In this document: one piece after another, positions 40,501 to 52,908 of the stretch
Layout of the letters: every line of letters starts with the position of its first letter
How positions within the stretch are numbered: position 1 is the stretch's first letter
Assembly (NCBI GenBank): GCA_964016885.1
Contig: OZ024743.1
Span: 112,282,001-112,346,000 of the forward strand
Length of the DNA stretch: 64,000 nt
Direction of reading: 5' to 3'
DNA from: Eledone cirrhosa
Lineage: Eukaryota
Notes under the pieces: model-generated
What the model was told of the DNA's origin: nothing
Database searches by the model: none
Seen by the model: the letters and a program-made list of their open reading frames with translations, nothing else
Translations under genes and position numbers: made by a program

Positions 40501-43500
40501 ATAGAGAATGTGTAGTAGAGATAGAGAATGTGTAGTAGAGATAGAGAATGTGTAGTAGAGATAGAGAATGTGTAGTAGAGATAGAGAATGTGTAGTAGAG
40601 ATAGAGAATGTGTAGTAGGGATAGAGAATGTGTAGAAGAGATAGAGAATGTGGAGTAGAGATAGAGAATGTGTAGTAGGGATAGAGAATGTGTAGTAGAT
40701 ATAGAGAATGTGTAGTAGAGATAGAGAATGTGTAGTAGATATAGAGAATGTGTAGTAGGGATAGAGAATGTGTAGTAGAGATAGAGAATGTGTAGTAGAG
40801 ATAGAGAATGTGTAGTAGGGATAGAGAATGTGTAGTAGAGATAGAGAATGTGTAGTAGAGATAGAGAATGTGTAGTAGGGATAGAGAATGTGTAGTAGAG
40901 ATAGAGAATGTGTAGTAGAGATAGAGAATGTGTAATAGAGGTAGAGAATGTGTAGTAGAGATAGAGAATGTGTAGTAGAGATAGAGAATGTGTAGTTGAG
41001 ATAGAGAATGTGTAGTAGAGATAGAGAATGTGTAGTAGGGATAGAGAATTTGTAGTAGAGATAGAGAATGTGTAGTAGAGGTAGAGTATGTGTAGTAGAG
41101 ATAGAGAATGTGTAATAGAGATAGAGAATGTGTAGTAGGGATAGAGAATGTGTAGTAGGGATAGAGAATGTGTAGTAGAGATAGAGAATGTGTAGTAGAG
41201 ATAGAGAATGTGGAGTAGAGATAGAGAATGTGTAGTAGAGATAGAGAATGTATGGTAGAGATAGAGAATGTGTAGTAGAGATAGAGAATGTGTAGTAGAG
41301 ATAGAGAATGTGTAGTAGAGATAGAGAATGTGTAGTAGAGATAGAGAATGTGTAGTAGAGATAGAGAATGTGTAGTAGAGATAGAGAATGTGTAGTAGGG
41401 ATAGAGAATGTGTAGAAGAGATAGAGAATGTGGAGTAGAGATAGAGAATGTGTAGTAGGGATAGAGAATGTGTAGTAGATATAGAGAATGTGTAGTAGAG
41501 ATAGAGAATGTGTAGTAGGGATAGAGAATGTGTAGTAGGGATAGAGAATGTGTAGTAGAGATAGAGAATGTGTTGTAGAGATAGAGAATATGTAGTAGAG
41601 GTAGAGAATGTGTAGTTGATATAGAGAATGTGTAGTAGAGATAGAGAATGTGTAGTAGAGATAGAGAATGTGTAGTAGAGATAGAGAATGTGTGAGAAAG
41701 GGATAGAGAATGTGTAGTAGAGATAGAGAATGTGTAGTAGAATAGAGAATGTGTAGTAGAGATAGAGAATGTGTAGTAGAGATAGAGAATGTGTAGTAGA
41801 GATAGAGAATGTGTGGTAGAGATAGAGAATGTGTAGTAGAGATAGAGAATGTGTAGTAGAGATAGAGAATGTATGGTAGAGATAGAGAATGTGTAGTAGA
41901 GATAGAGAATGTGTAGTAGAGATAGAGAATGTGTAGTAGATATAGAGAATGTGTAGTAGAGATAGAGAATGTGTAGTAGAGATAGAGAATGTGTAGTAGA
42001 GATAGAGAATGTGTAGTAGGGATAGAGGATGTGTAGAAGAGATAGAGAATGTGGAGTAGAGATAGAGAATGTGTAGTAGGGATAGAGAATGTGTAGTAGA
42101 TATAGTGAATGTGTAGTAGAGATAGAGAATGTGTAGTAGATATAGAGAATGTGTAGTAGGGATAGAGAATGTGTAGTAGAGATAGAGAATGTGTAGTAGA
42201 GATAGAGAATGTGTAGTAGGGATAGAGAATGTGTAGTAGAGATAGAGAATGTGTAGTAGAGATAGAGAATGTGTAGTAGGGATAGAGAATGTGTAGTAGA
42301 GATAGAGAATGTGTAGTAGAGATAGAGAATGTGTAATAGAGGTAGAGAATGTGTAGTAGAGATAGAGAATGTGTAGTAGAGATAGAGAATGTGTAGTAGA
42401 GATAGAGAAGCTGTAGTTGATATAGAGAATGTGTAGTAGGGATAGAGAATGTGTAGCAGAGATAGAGAATGTGTAGTAGAGATAGAGAATGTGTAGTAGA
42501 GATAGAGAATGTGTAGTAGAGATAGAGAATGTATAGTAGGGATAGAGAATGTGTAGTAGAGATAGAGAATGTGTAGTAGAGATAGAGAATGTGTAGTAGG
42601 GATAGAGAATGTGTAGTAGAGATAGAGAATGTGTAGTAGGGATAGAGAATGTGTAGTAGAGATAGAGAATGTGTAGTAGAGATAGAGAATGTGTAGTAGG
42701 GATAGAGAATGTGGAGTAGGGATAGAGAATGTGTAGTAGGGATAGAGAATGTGTAGTAGAGATAGATAATGTGGAGTAGAGATAGAGAATGTGTAGTTGA
42801 TATAGAGAATGTGTAGTAGAGATAGAGTATGTAGTAGAGGTAGAGAATGTGTAGTTGATATAGAGAATGTGTAGTAGAGATAGAGAATGTGTAGTAGAGT
42901 AAGAGAATGTGTAGTAGAGATAGAGAATGTGTAGTAGAGATAGAGAATGTGTAGTAGAGATAGAGAATGTGTAGTAGGGATAGAGAATGTGTAGTATGGA
43001 TAGAGAATGTGTAGTAGAGATAGAGAATGTGTAGTAATGATAGAGAATGTGTAGTAGGGATAGAGAATGTGTAGTAGGGATAGAGAATGTGTAGTAGAGA
43101 TAGAGAATGTGTAGTAGAGATAGAGAATGTGGAGTAGAGATAGAGAATGTGTAGTAGAGATAGAGAATGTGTAGTAGAGATAGAGAATGTGTAGTAGAGA
43201 TAGAGTATGTAGTAGAGGTAGAGAATGTGTAGTAGAGATAGAGAATGTGTAGTTGAGATAGAGAATGTGTAGTAGAGATAGAGAATGTGTAGTAGGGATA
43301 GAGAATTTGTAGTAGAGATAGAGAATGTGTAGTAGAGGTAGAGTATGTGTAGTAGAGATAGAGAATGTGTAATAGAGATAGAGAATGTGTAGTAGGGATA
43401 GAGAATGTGTAGTAGGGATAGAGAATGTGTAGTAGAGATAGAGAATGTGTTGTAGAGATAGAGAATATGTAGTAGAGGTAGAGAATGTGTAGTTGATATA

Positions 43501-44960
43501 GAGAATGTGTAGTAGAGATAGAGAATGTGTAGTAGAGATAGAGAATGTGTAGTAGAGATAGAGAATGTGTGAGAAAGGGATAGAGAATGTGTAGTAGAGA
43601 TAGAGAATGTGTAGTAGAATAGAGAATGTGTAGTAGAGATAGAGAATGTGTAGTAGAGATAGAGAATGTGTAGTAGAGATAGAGAATGTGTGGTAGAGAT
43701 AGAGAATGTGTAGTAGAGATAGAGAATGTGTAGTAGAGATAGAGAATGTATGGTAGAGATAGAGAATGTGTAGTAGAGATAGAGAATGTGTAGTAGAGAT
43801 AGAGAATGTGTAGTAGAGATAGAGAATGTGTAGTAGAGATAGAGAATGTGTAGTAGAGATAGAGAATGTGTAGTAGAGATAGAGAATGTGTAGTAGAGAT
43901 AGAGAATGTGTAGTAGAGATAGAGAATGTGTAGTAGAGATAGAGAATGTGTAGTAGGGATAGAGAATGTGTAGAAGAGATAGAGAATGTGGAGTAGAGAT
44001 AGAGAATGTGTAGTAGGGATAGAGAATGTGTAGTAGATATAGAGAATGTGTAGTAGAGATAGAGAATGTGTAGTAGATATAGAGAATGTGTAGTAGGGAT
44101 AGAGAATGTGTAGTAGAGATAGAGAATGTGTAGTAGAGATAGAGAATGTGTAGTAGGGATAGAGAATGTGTAGTAGAGATAGAGAATGTGTAGTAGAGAT
44201 AGAGAATGTGTAGTAGGGATAGAGAATGTGTAGTAGAGATAGAGAATGTGTAGTAGAGATAGAGAATGTGTAATAGAGGTAGAGAATGTGTAGTAGAGAT
44301 AGAGAATGTGTAGTAGAGATAGAGAATGTGTAGTAGAGATAGAGAAGGTGTAGTTGATATAGAGAATGTGTAGTAGGGATAGAGAATGTGTAGCAGAGAT
44401 AGAGAATGTGTAGTAGAGATAGAGAATGTGTAGTAGAGATAGAGAATGTGTAGTAGAGATAGAGAATGTGTAGTAGGGATAGAGAATGTGTAGTAGAGAT
44501 AGAGAATGTGTAGTAGAGATAGAGAATGTGTAGTAGGGATAGAGAATGTGTAGTAGAGATAGAGAATGTGTAGTAGGGATAGAGAATGTGTAGTAGAGAT
44601 AGAGAATGTGTAGTAGAGATAGAGAATGTGTAGTAGGGATAGAGAATGTGGAGTAGGGATAGAGAATGTGTAGTAGGGATAGAGAATGTGTAGTAGAGAT
44701 AGATAATGTGGAGTAGAGATAGAGAATGTGTAGTTGATATAGAGAATGTGTAGTAGAGATAGAGTATGTAGTAAAGGTAGAGAATGTGTAGTTGATATAG
44801 AGAATGTGTAGTAGAGATAGAGAATGTGTAGTAGAGATAGAGAATGTGTAGTAGAGATAGAGAATGTGTGAGAAAGGGATAGAGAATATGTAGTAGGGAT
44901 AGAGAATGTGTAGTAGAGATAGAGAATGTGTAGTAGATAGAGAGAATGTGTGAGAAAGGG
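10505..44960 (+). repeat. 34.4-kb satellite array of a 20-bp unit (ATAGAGAATGTGTAGTAGAG), roughly 1,720 monomers, with higher-order repeat structure
   Basis: Seen directly. Variant monomers recur in a fixed order, and the + strand is almost devoid of C. Confidence 0.99.
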
Positions 44961-45128
44961 AAGGTGATTATGAGAGGAGCGAAACGTGGATGAGAAGGTA
45001 AAAGTAAGACTGAGAAATAGAGAGATAGAAAGTGAAAGAGAGGAAGAAAGAAAGAATCAACGTGATAAAAAGATAGAAGTAAATAAATTCTTATAGTATC
45101 ACAAGTTACATTGTCTCACGATTATGGT

Positions 45129-45319
45129 CGTAGTAGTAGTAGTAGTAGTAGTAGTTGTAGTAGTAGTAGTAGTAGTAGTGATGGTGGTGTCGGTGGTGGT
45201 GGTGGTGGTGGTGGTGGTAGTAGTAGTGGTAGTAGTAAGATTAGTAGTAGTAGTATTAGTAGTAGTAGTAGTAGTAGAAGCGGCTGTGGTGGTGGTGGTG
45301 GTGGTGATGGTGTGGTGGC

Positions 45320-45358
<39 letters not shown>

Positions 45359-45448
45359 GGTGGTGGTGGTGGTGGTACTGGTAGTAGTAGTAGTAGTAGT
45401 ATTGTTGGTAGTAGTAGCAGCAGTAGTAGTAGTAGTAGTAGTAGTAGT
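45129..45448 (+). repeat. Compound (GTA)n/(GTG)n trinucleotide microsatellite
   Basis: Seen directly in the sequence. Confidence 0.95.
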
Positions 45449-45637
45449 AAAAGGGAGTACGAAATCGAAGAGTGAACCAAGAAAGAAAGAAAGGGGAATA
45501 AATTTGGTAGAGCTCACATTAATATAGTTAATTAGCAATTGTACTAGCACAGCGTGATTCAGAAAAAAATAATTTATGATCATATATACTATATGGTTTT
45601 GTATAATAAATCTTGTTGCGAGTATTTTATAATGTAT

Positions 45638-45858
45638 TTAACCCTTTAACAGTAACATTAATCTGTATTTACTATTGTATTTTCACGGTAAACACTTTAC
45701 CTCACATAATTATCTCACATAATATTGAATCTACCAAACTTTGATATTATTTATTTTGAGAACCATACCTTAATAAGCAACCGGTTACAGCCAGTCTAAA
45801 CAGAATGAAGTGAGAGAATTCTGGCCGGATATGGCCGGTTTAAATACTAAAGGATTAA
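45638..45858. mobile_element. piggyBac-type (TTAA) MITE, ~213 bp
   Basis: TTAA|CCCTTTAACA at the left end and TACTAAAGGA|TTAA at the right end (imperfect TIRs, TTAA at both ends). Subterminal palindrome GGCCGGATATGGCCGG. Confidence 0.65.
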
Positions 45859-46396
45859 TTCACAATTACCTCAACAGTGGGATAATAGTAGCGGAAGTCT
45901 ATTTCATAGATGTCACTTTTCGTCAACCCCGTTATATCCCAGATATCGAGGTATGAAATACTATAAAGACCAAAACATATTGTAAACAAGCATTACTTAT
46001 TAAACATCTTATTTGTATATAAAAGCAAGCTTTAATGGTTTGTATTAATTTCTAAGAGTATTAACACTATAGGATTAGAAATAATTCGTATATGAATCCA
46101 TATAACATGTATAATAAATATGAACATTTTAAGCGGAGATTATCGCTAATATGATACTTTTAAAAAGGCAGAGGTTATACAATGATGAAAATAAAGAGAG
46201 AAACAAAATTAAATAATGTAAAAAGGTGGAAGGGGTAAAGAAGGGTAGATCCGGCTGTATAGTAAAGTAAAGGATAGGACTATAAATGCCATCAATAAGA
46301 AGAAAATGAGGGAACGAGCAAAGACTTAAAAATAAATTAAACAGATTAGAGTAAAAAGAATTTAAAAACTGATCTGTTATCTTACAGCTATCACTC

Positions 46397-46464
<68 letters not shown>

Positions 46465-47006
46465 AGTGTGTGTGTGTGTATGTGTGAGTAAGTGTATGTA
46501 TGTATGTATAGTTTTAAAAAAGACACATACACAGATACTACAATAATTTTATTAAGTTCACGCTTCACAAAGGAAAAGGAAACTTCAACGTAAGAGTTAT
46601 CCACCTGGGTTAGAGAAATACAATGATAATGTCAAGAGAGTTGAAGTAACACAAAGATGGAGTTCATAGATTAAAGATACTTAAAAAAAGAGACACGTGG
46701 GTTCTATCTATCGTATTGTGTGGATATGTGTATATTCTGAGATAGTTGGTGATAGTTTGTATATATGTCCAAATATAAAAGGTTCGTATATGTGCATGGC
46801 TGGTTACTGTACATATATCAATACCCCCCCCCCCACACACACACACACACAAACATATATATATATATATGTAGATGAAATCTACCAAAATATACGGTAG
46901 TGTCCAATCCGTATGAAGAACTCAATGTAATCTAAATATCATGAAAAGAGAAGATGTATTCAAAAGTTTTTTTCGATGAAAATCACAGGAAAACAGAATC
47001 AAGATA

Positions 47007-47127
47007 AATTAATAAAAACAATGAATAAAAATAAAGAAACAGTTCCTTATATTAAAAAATTCATCATTTTGATGATTTTTTTTAATATAAGGAACTGTTA
47101 CTTTGTTTTTATTCATGTTTTTATTAA

Positions 47128-47129
<2 letters not shown>
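47007..47129. repeat. ~123-bp imperfect palindrome centred on TCATCA-ttt-TGATGA, abutting (TA)n
   Basis: The arms AATTAATAAAAACA...AACAGTTCCTTATATTAAAAAA and TTTTTTAATATAAGGAACTGTT...TGTTTTTATTAATT are reverse complements. Confidence 0.8.
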
Positions 47130-47163
<34 letters not shown>

Positions 47164-47469
47164 TAAACGGAATAGAAAATGCTGACAAATTGTTCACAGT
47201 GAAAAATAGTTTAATTAGGAATAAGTGAGAATTAGTAATTGTATTGGTTAGTATTCAGTTTTGGTTTTAAGTTTTACCGGTTGCGTATTTCTAATGCTTT
47301 TAAAAAATAATTTTGAGATAGAGCGTCCGTGATGTTTGCTCTGATCTGATTAGTTTTGGGAATCCTACCTGTTTTTATGTTAAAAAAAGTGGCTCCAGCG
47401 CTATTAAAATAGGTTTTGCGCCAATTCGTGTTGCAAAAATTCTTGTGGTCAAAACAATTTTGATTGGTC

Positions 47470-47770
47470 GGTAGAGGTGATGTGAATGTAAAAAATTGAT
47501 TTTGCGCCAAATGTAGGTTTGTTTCGGCTGACTGAGAGATGACTCTTTCACAACAAACACACACACACACACTTGTCTTAATAGGCATTTGAACTGTCAA
47601 CAGGCTGCAGTTCGCAGACACATCCCTGCTAACCATTATCACAACGAACACTTTACTACTACTACACACACACACACACATATTTGTTGTGAAAGAGTCA
47701 TTTCTCAGTCAGCCGACACACACCTACATTTGGCGCAAAATCAATTTTTTACATTCACATGACCTCTACC
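47470..47770. repeat. 88-bp inverted repeat (47470-47557 / 47683-47770) with a ~125-bp spacer
   Basis: GGTAGAGG..TTTTGCGCCAAATGTAGG..CTCTTTCACAACAAA and its reverse complement. Confidence 0.85.
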
Positions 47771-48660
47771 AGAGTGTAATGTTCATCGATACAACCCCTA
47801 GAGGTGAATTAGCTTACAAATTTAGAAGGGCCCTAGATGAACATAAACTTAATATTAAGATAGTAGAAACACCAGGTACCTCCGTAAAAACACTTATTAG
47901 CAAGACATACCCTTTTCAAATACCCCCCTGTATAGATAAGAAATGTATAACCTGTAAATTAAGCCCCCCATATTAACTGTAAAACTAGAAATGTAGTATA
48001 TAGCATAAGATGTACTGAAGGACAATGTAGAGACAAAAATATAGTGTACATAGCTGAGAAAGCTCGTAGTGTAGGGGAACGGATAAATGAACACTGGCGA
48101 AACCTTCAAGATAGTAAAGAATCACCTGTACTCTACCAACATGCTAAAATAGAACATAAGGGTAAATTAGAGAACATAGAAATAAAAATAGAATCTACAC
48201 ACAGAAAAGACGCAATATTTAGACAAATTACAGAGGCAATAAACATAAAAGAATTACAACCAAAATTAAATAGAAAACATGAGGGGAATAGCAACATCAC
48301 AACTTACAATTAAGGAAAAAATGAAAACACACACGCACATAGAACAAACAACCAACCTGTGACATGTAAATAAACGAATATAAACACACACAGACACCCG
48401 GATGTGGCGCATGCGCAGACTGAGCACACAACACACACACAGAAACAAAATGGCGTAGGACAGAACAAAGGAGAGGCACAAAAACAAAGAAAAGAATCCC
48501 TAGTTACTGAAGAGGTCACAGAATGTGTGACGAAAGAACCTTGACAATATATAAACAACCATCTGGTTGTGGAACAAACCAACCAACCGGAAATTTATTA
48601 ATTTATTATAATAAATTGAAGTGAAAACAACTGGTGCGTGTGTTTCTTATTGGCATGGCA
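47771..48660 (+). mobile_element. Penelope-like element 3' fragment: Cys-rich linker, GIY-YIG endonuclease (frameshifted) and pseudo-LTR with a hammerhead-like motif
   Basis: CIDKKCITC, then a frameshift in the C-run at ~47965, then NCKTRNVVYSIRC...VYIAEKARSVGERINEH...LYQH...H...RQITEAINIKELQPKLNRK (stop 48313). CTGAAGA-g-GTCACA gaatg TGTGAC-GAAA at 48507-48535. Confidence 0.88.
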
Positions 48661-48747
48661 ATATATGCATGATGAGGGCGTTCGTTTAATTTGGGATAGT
48701 AATACTTCTACTACAAACAAAACACATGCAACAGTTTCGATTTGGTT

Positions 48748-48930
48748 TGGCAGTATCGGTAGAGGGTTTGACGCCATGCTTTCTGGCATAGTTACGTCCC
48801 TTTACAGTCTGAGTTCAAATCCCACCGAGGTTAACTTTGCCTTTCATCCTTACGGAGTCGATAAAATAAAGTACCAGTAATGTACTGGATAATTGCTGGC
48901 CTTGTGCCTAAAGTAGAAACAATTATTATA
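48748..48930 (+). mobile_element. tRNA-derived SINE
   Basis: Same family as 5210 (A/B boxes, core, CCTTGTGCCTAAAGTAGAAACAATTATT tail). Confidence 0.9.
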
Positions 48931-49127
48931 AGTCAGGCTACTAATCAATCCCTCATCTGTATTATTTACCATATAGTTATTGATTTGTTAGCTCTCTTTC
49001 CTCATACATTCTGTCAACTTCTAAATTACTAGTCTTGCTTCAGTGTCTCCTCTATGTTTCTGATTTTGTTTCATTTACTCCATCTTGTTACTGGCAATTA
49101 AACAGAAACCCGATTACTATTTATAAT

Positions 49128-49345
49128 GGTTATTTATATAGGCACAAGGCCAGTAACTTGGGGGAGGGGAAAGTCGATTAAATCGACCCCAGTGCGTGAC
49201 TGGAACTTCATTTTATCGACCCCATAAGGATGAAAGGCAAAGTTAACCTCGGCGGGATTTGAGCTCAAATCATAAAGAGCGGTAACTCTATGCTGCAAAG
49301 CATGGCGTCCGACCCTGCCAATCCACAGCCCTCTACCTATTTCCA
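49128..49345 (-). mobile_element. tRNA-derived SINE (longer variant, as at 4632)
   Basis: The reverse complement contains the core and a GGGGTCGATTTAATCGACTTTCCCCTCCCC segment. Confidence 0.88.
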
Positions 49346-50319
49346 CCGCGGTGACTATATATAATGATACATAAAGGACATCTATTTGTAGGTGTTAATG
49401 TAATGGCAGAGGTGATAGTGTTGGGGGAGTCGTTAACTGTGGTGATGATGGTAAGGGCTGTGATCAGGGTGAGTAACATGGTATTGCTTGTTCGTTTTAC
49501 TGGTGATGCGCATAACGATTATTATAATCACTGACGTAGGCACATTGGACCGCTCACTTTCTCCATCTGTCTCTCAAAGAAACACATATACACATCATTT
49601 TTTTCGATTCTGTTTGCTTTTTGCAAAGAGAAAAAAATGAAAAAAGAAAAAATACATGAACTGAATAATTAAATTACCCGAAACAAAGATATTATCTGTT
49701 ACTGCCTCAATGAGATACACACATATACAGTGACACGTACACACTTACGCGCGTACACTCACACACATATTTAGATGTACACTCAGCCAGTGACACATAT
49801 ACGAAATATGTACGTGCCCACACTTAGACACGTTCTTTGAGATATACACGCAGGCAGACGAATATAATTGCACACATTCAACTAAGTACAAGGGTACACA
49901 AACCAAAGCACCCACAAGGGCACACACAATCATAGACACACACACACGGCTAAATGTACGGATCCGCAAACGCACACAAAACACACATTCAAGCATAATT
50001 TCTAATACACATAAACTGATAGATACTGGCAAATGTACATACGTGTGTGTGGTTGCACATATACAGAATATCGTATATATGTACAGCTACACAGTGAGTT
50101 ATATATCTATACTAGCAGCTGAGCCCGGTTGCACCCGGAGCCACTTTTTATTAAGTTAATAATTTGAAAAATACTATTGAAAGTTTATTATAAAGAAGCA
50201 CTATCAGGAAAAAAAATAGAAATATGCACTTGGGGCTGGACGGCGTACAATGAGAAGTGGAGCGACGTGAAAAGCGTTGAAAGACGTTGAGTGGCGACGG
50301 AAGAGGAATGGCGGAAGCT

Positions 50320-52060
50320 TCAAAGGTGTTGTTGCAGTGCTTCTTTGTAGACAACGTTCCTTGTATTACCAAGATTACCACAAATGTAGAGATTGTGTGG
50401 ACTGCTGACGCGTGAGCTCCCGACGTATAGTTGACCGTGGGTAAATACCTTCTGTGTCAGATTTAGGCCAACTACTTGCAGCTACTGTCCCTGTGCCTTG
50501 TTGATACTCATGCAAAGCAGAGTTTTACGGGAAACTGCCGTCTCGTAAAATCAAATGGGACGTCAGAGGGACTAAGGCTTATGGGGGATAATAACTTTGT
50601 CCCGCCAGCAGACGGTCCGCTCAGAATTTTTGTCGTAAGAATTCGTGTCCGAATTTTTTTGCTGATCAGACGCGTCCCATTGCATAGTTCTGGTGGTTCT
50701 ACGTTTCTTAACAGCATAACTGGAACACCAACCTTCAGTCTAAGGTCATGAGGTGGAAGTCCGGGAGGTTGTTGACTGTTGAGAAATTCAATCGGATAGT
50801 TGACGGCGTCGTCCGCGTTTTTGTTGGTGTCAATTGACTTGCAGGAGACTTCACCTCCTGGAATCTGATCAAGCAGGTGTTGATTCATTGCGTCAACGGT
50901 GGCATTATGTGGTGCTAAAATAGCTCTCCCTTGCAACCAGTTGTGATCAAGGAATCGTACTTCGAGGTCTGGGAAAACAGATGACATTAATTCCTCTATG
51001 CTTGATACAAATTTTCCAAACGTCAGACGGATGTGCTGTTCATCCTTTCCAGGTGTAGTTCCATTACCATCTTCCAGTAGCTGTTTTGAGAAATCTTCAG
51101 ATTCTGCGTCGCCATGCACATACACTCTCATTTTAGTAGTCTGGTTTAGTTTCTGGTCATACTGCCATAGGTAGGAAGACTTGATGCATGCGTTAACTTC
51201 GTCAGCTCTAGTGCCTCTAGTGATTACAGGAAGAGTCTGCCGAAAATCGCCAGCCATCTGTACTGTCCCTCCACCCATTACGTGTGAATTTCGACGCTAG
51301 TCCTTGAGAGTTCGGTCTAGAGCCTCAAACGCTGCCTTGTGACTCATTGTAACCTCGTTCCAAATGATTAAACAGCACTCAGAAAGAAGGTATCCTTTAG
51401 AGTCTCCACGATTTATTCTGCAGGTAGGATTCTCCTTCTTTGCAAGGTCCATAGGCAATTGGAATGCGGAGTGTGCAGTACGACCGCCATGTACCAGTGT
51501 CGCCGCAATACCACTTGAGGCGACCGCTAGAGCAATCTGCCTGTCTTTCCGCAGCTTCGCAAGCAGTAGGTTTATGAGAAAGGTTTTTCCTGTTCCGCCT
51601 GGAGCATCCAAGAAGAATAGCCGTCCCTCATTTGAAATGACACTGGCAAGAATTCTGTCATACGCCCGTCTCTGTTCAGGCAAAAGTCTGGGTTCATCTT
51701 GAGCAACCTTATCTGTCAATTCCTCGATGTAATTCAACTCAAACATGAACTCCACATCTAAAGCACCGTCTTTATGTACAGGTTGTGGCAAACCGAATTC
51801 TAATACACCGCCAACTCCAACAGATCTTAGACGTTTATCCATGTCAATGAGGGCCTCATTGTATACATTGGCGTTGTAATGAAAGTCAGCCACTGGTGCC
51901 CTTGCTCGTACTCTACGCAGGATGTCCTCTGACATTCTGTCCTTATGCGTTTCCCATAGCTTAAGTGGCTCACCGACATTTCAGAACAGTAACATATTGC
52001 AAAACAAACGACGCATTTCTCGTGGCATTTTATATTCAGCAGCTTCTGTCAATGCCATGT
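50320..52060 (-). pseudogene. Helitron PIF1-family helicase domain (with stops and frameshifts)
   Basis: FFLDAPGGTGKTF (Walker A), ASSGIAA, GGRTAHS, IIWNEVTM, GDFRQTLPV, LKVGVPVMLLRN, LCNGTRL, RRQFPVKLCFA, INKAQGQ, FTHGQLYV, TRNVVYKEAL. Confidence 0.93.
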
Positions 52061-52908
52061 TTGCATCTGTGGGAAAGCTCCTCATCATTCCCGCCCATGA
52101 AGAATACCTGCAAGCATTTTGTTTCCTCTCCTTGTTGTGGTCGAAGGCTTCCCATTAGATGGTAACACTGCCCTTGAATTTTGTAGGTGTAGAGTTTTTC
52201 TCTCAGCCTTGTGTCGTTGTTTCGAGAAGTACTGGCGACAGCAGTATCGTCAGTGCTTGTTCTTCTATTTCTGCCATCCCTTACACGGAAAGATGTCATA
52301 GCGAAGCAAGCATTGTACCTCCAAATGTTGTTGCGAAAGTGCACTCCATGGGTAGAGTTATTGGTGAGAAGATATTGGAGAAAATGAGGAGGATCAGCCA
52401 ACGCCGGAAGTCGAACCTGGTCCCCGGAACAGCAAAGACCTGGAGCCTCACCTACCCACTTCTTAGCCTCATAGAACTGACATACCTTATCCATTTTTCC
52501 AAGAGTCATATCCGTGCGATTGGCGTAGTCATAAGCAGGATTGTATTTGAAGCCAGCTTTTGAGCAAAAGGTGTCCATTGTAGCAGCAGCATGTTCCTGG
52601 CGTCTACGCCGTCTCGATGCCAGCCTGTCTTCTCTTGGCTCCGCAGTTTCGTTGAGAAGTGATTGTTGCCGTCGAGTGCGCAGGTCCTGTAAACGGGCCT
52701 CCCTGACCTCCGCAGTCTCGTCGAGAAGTAATTGTTGACGTCGAGTGCGGCGATCAGCAAGGTAGGCCTCCCTTACCTCTGAAGTTTCCGCCAAACGTGA
52801 GCATTGTGGTTGAATGAGATGATAAGAAAGACAGGACTCCCTTGCCTCTGAAGTCTCCTCCAGAATTGTGCTTTGGTGCTGATGGAGCTGCTCATAAGGA
52901 GAGGTTGC
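52061..52908 (-). pseudogene. Helitron RepHel N-terminal region (ETxExRExRL repeats and Zn-binding CxxC...CC motif)
   Basis: ETAEVREARL repeats, CQFYEAKKWVGEAPGLCCSGDQVRLP, FRNNIWRYNACFAMTSF, YKIQGQCYHLMGSL. Confidence 0.88.

Noticed and set aside
10505-44960. CRISPR-like array
   Set aside because: Monomers are contiguous with no unique spacers, there are no cas genes, and the context is eukaryotic.
45111-45583. Poly-S/G/V/T/P ORFs
   Set aside because: Trinucleotide microsatellite with no splice or domain evidence.
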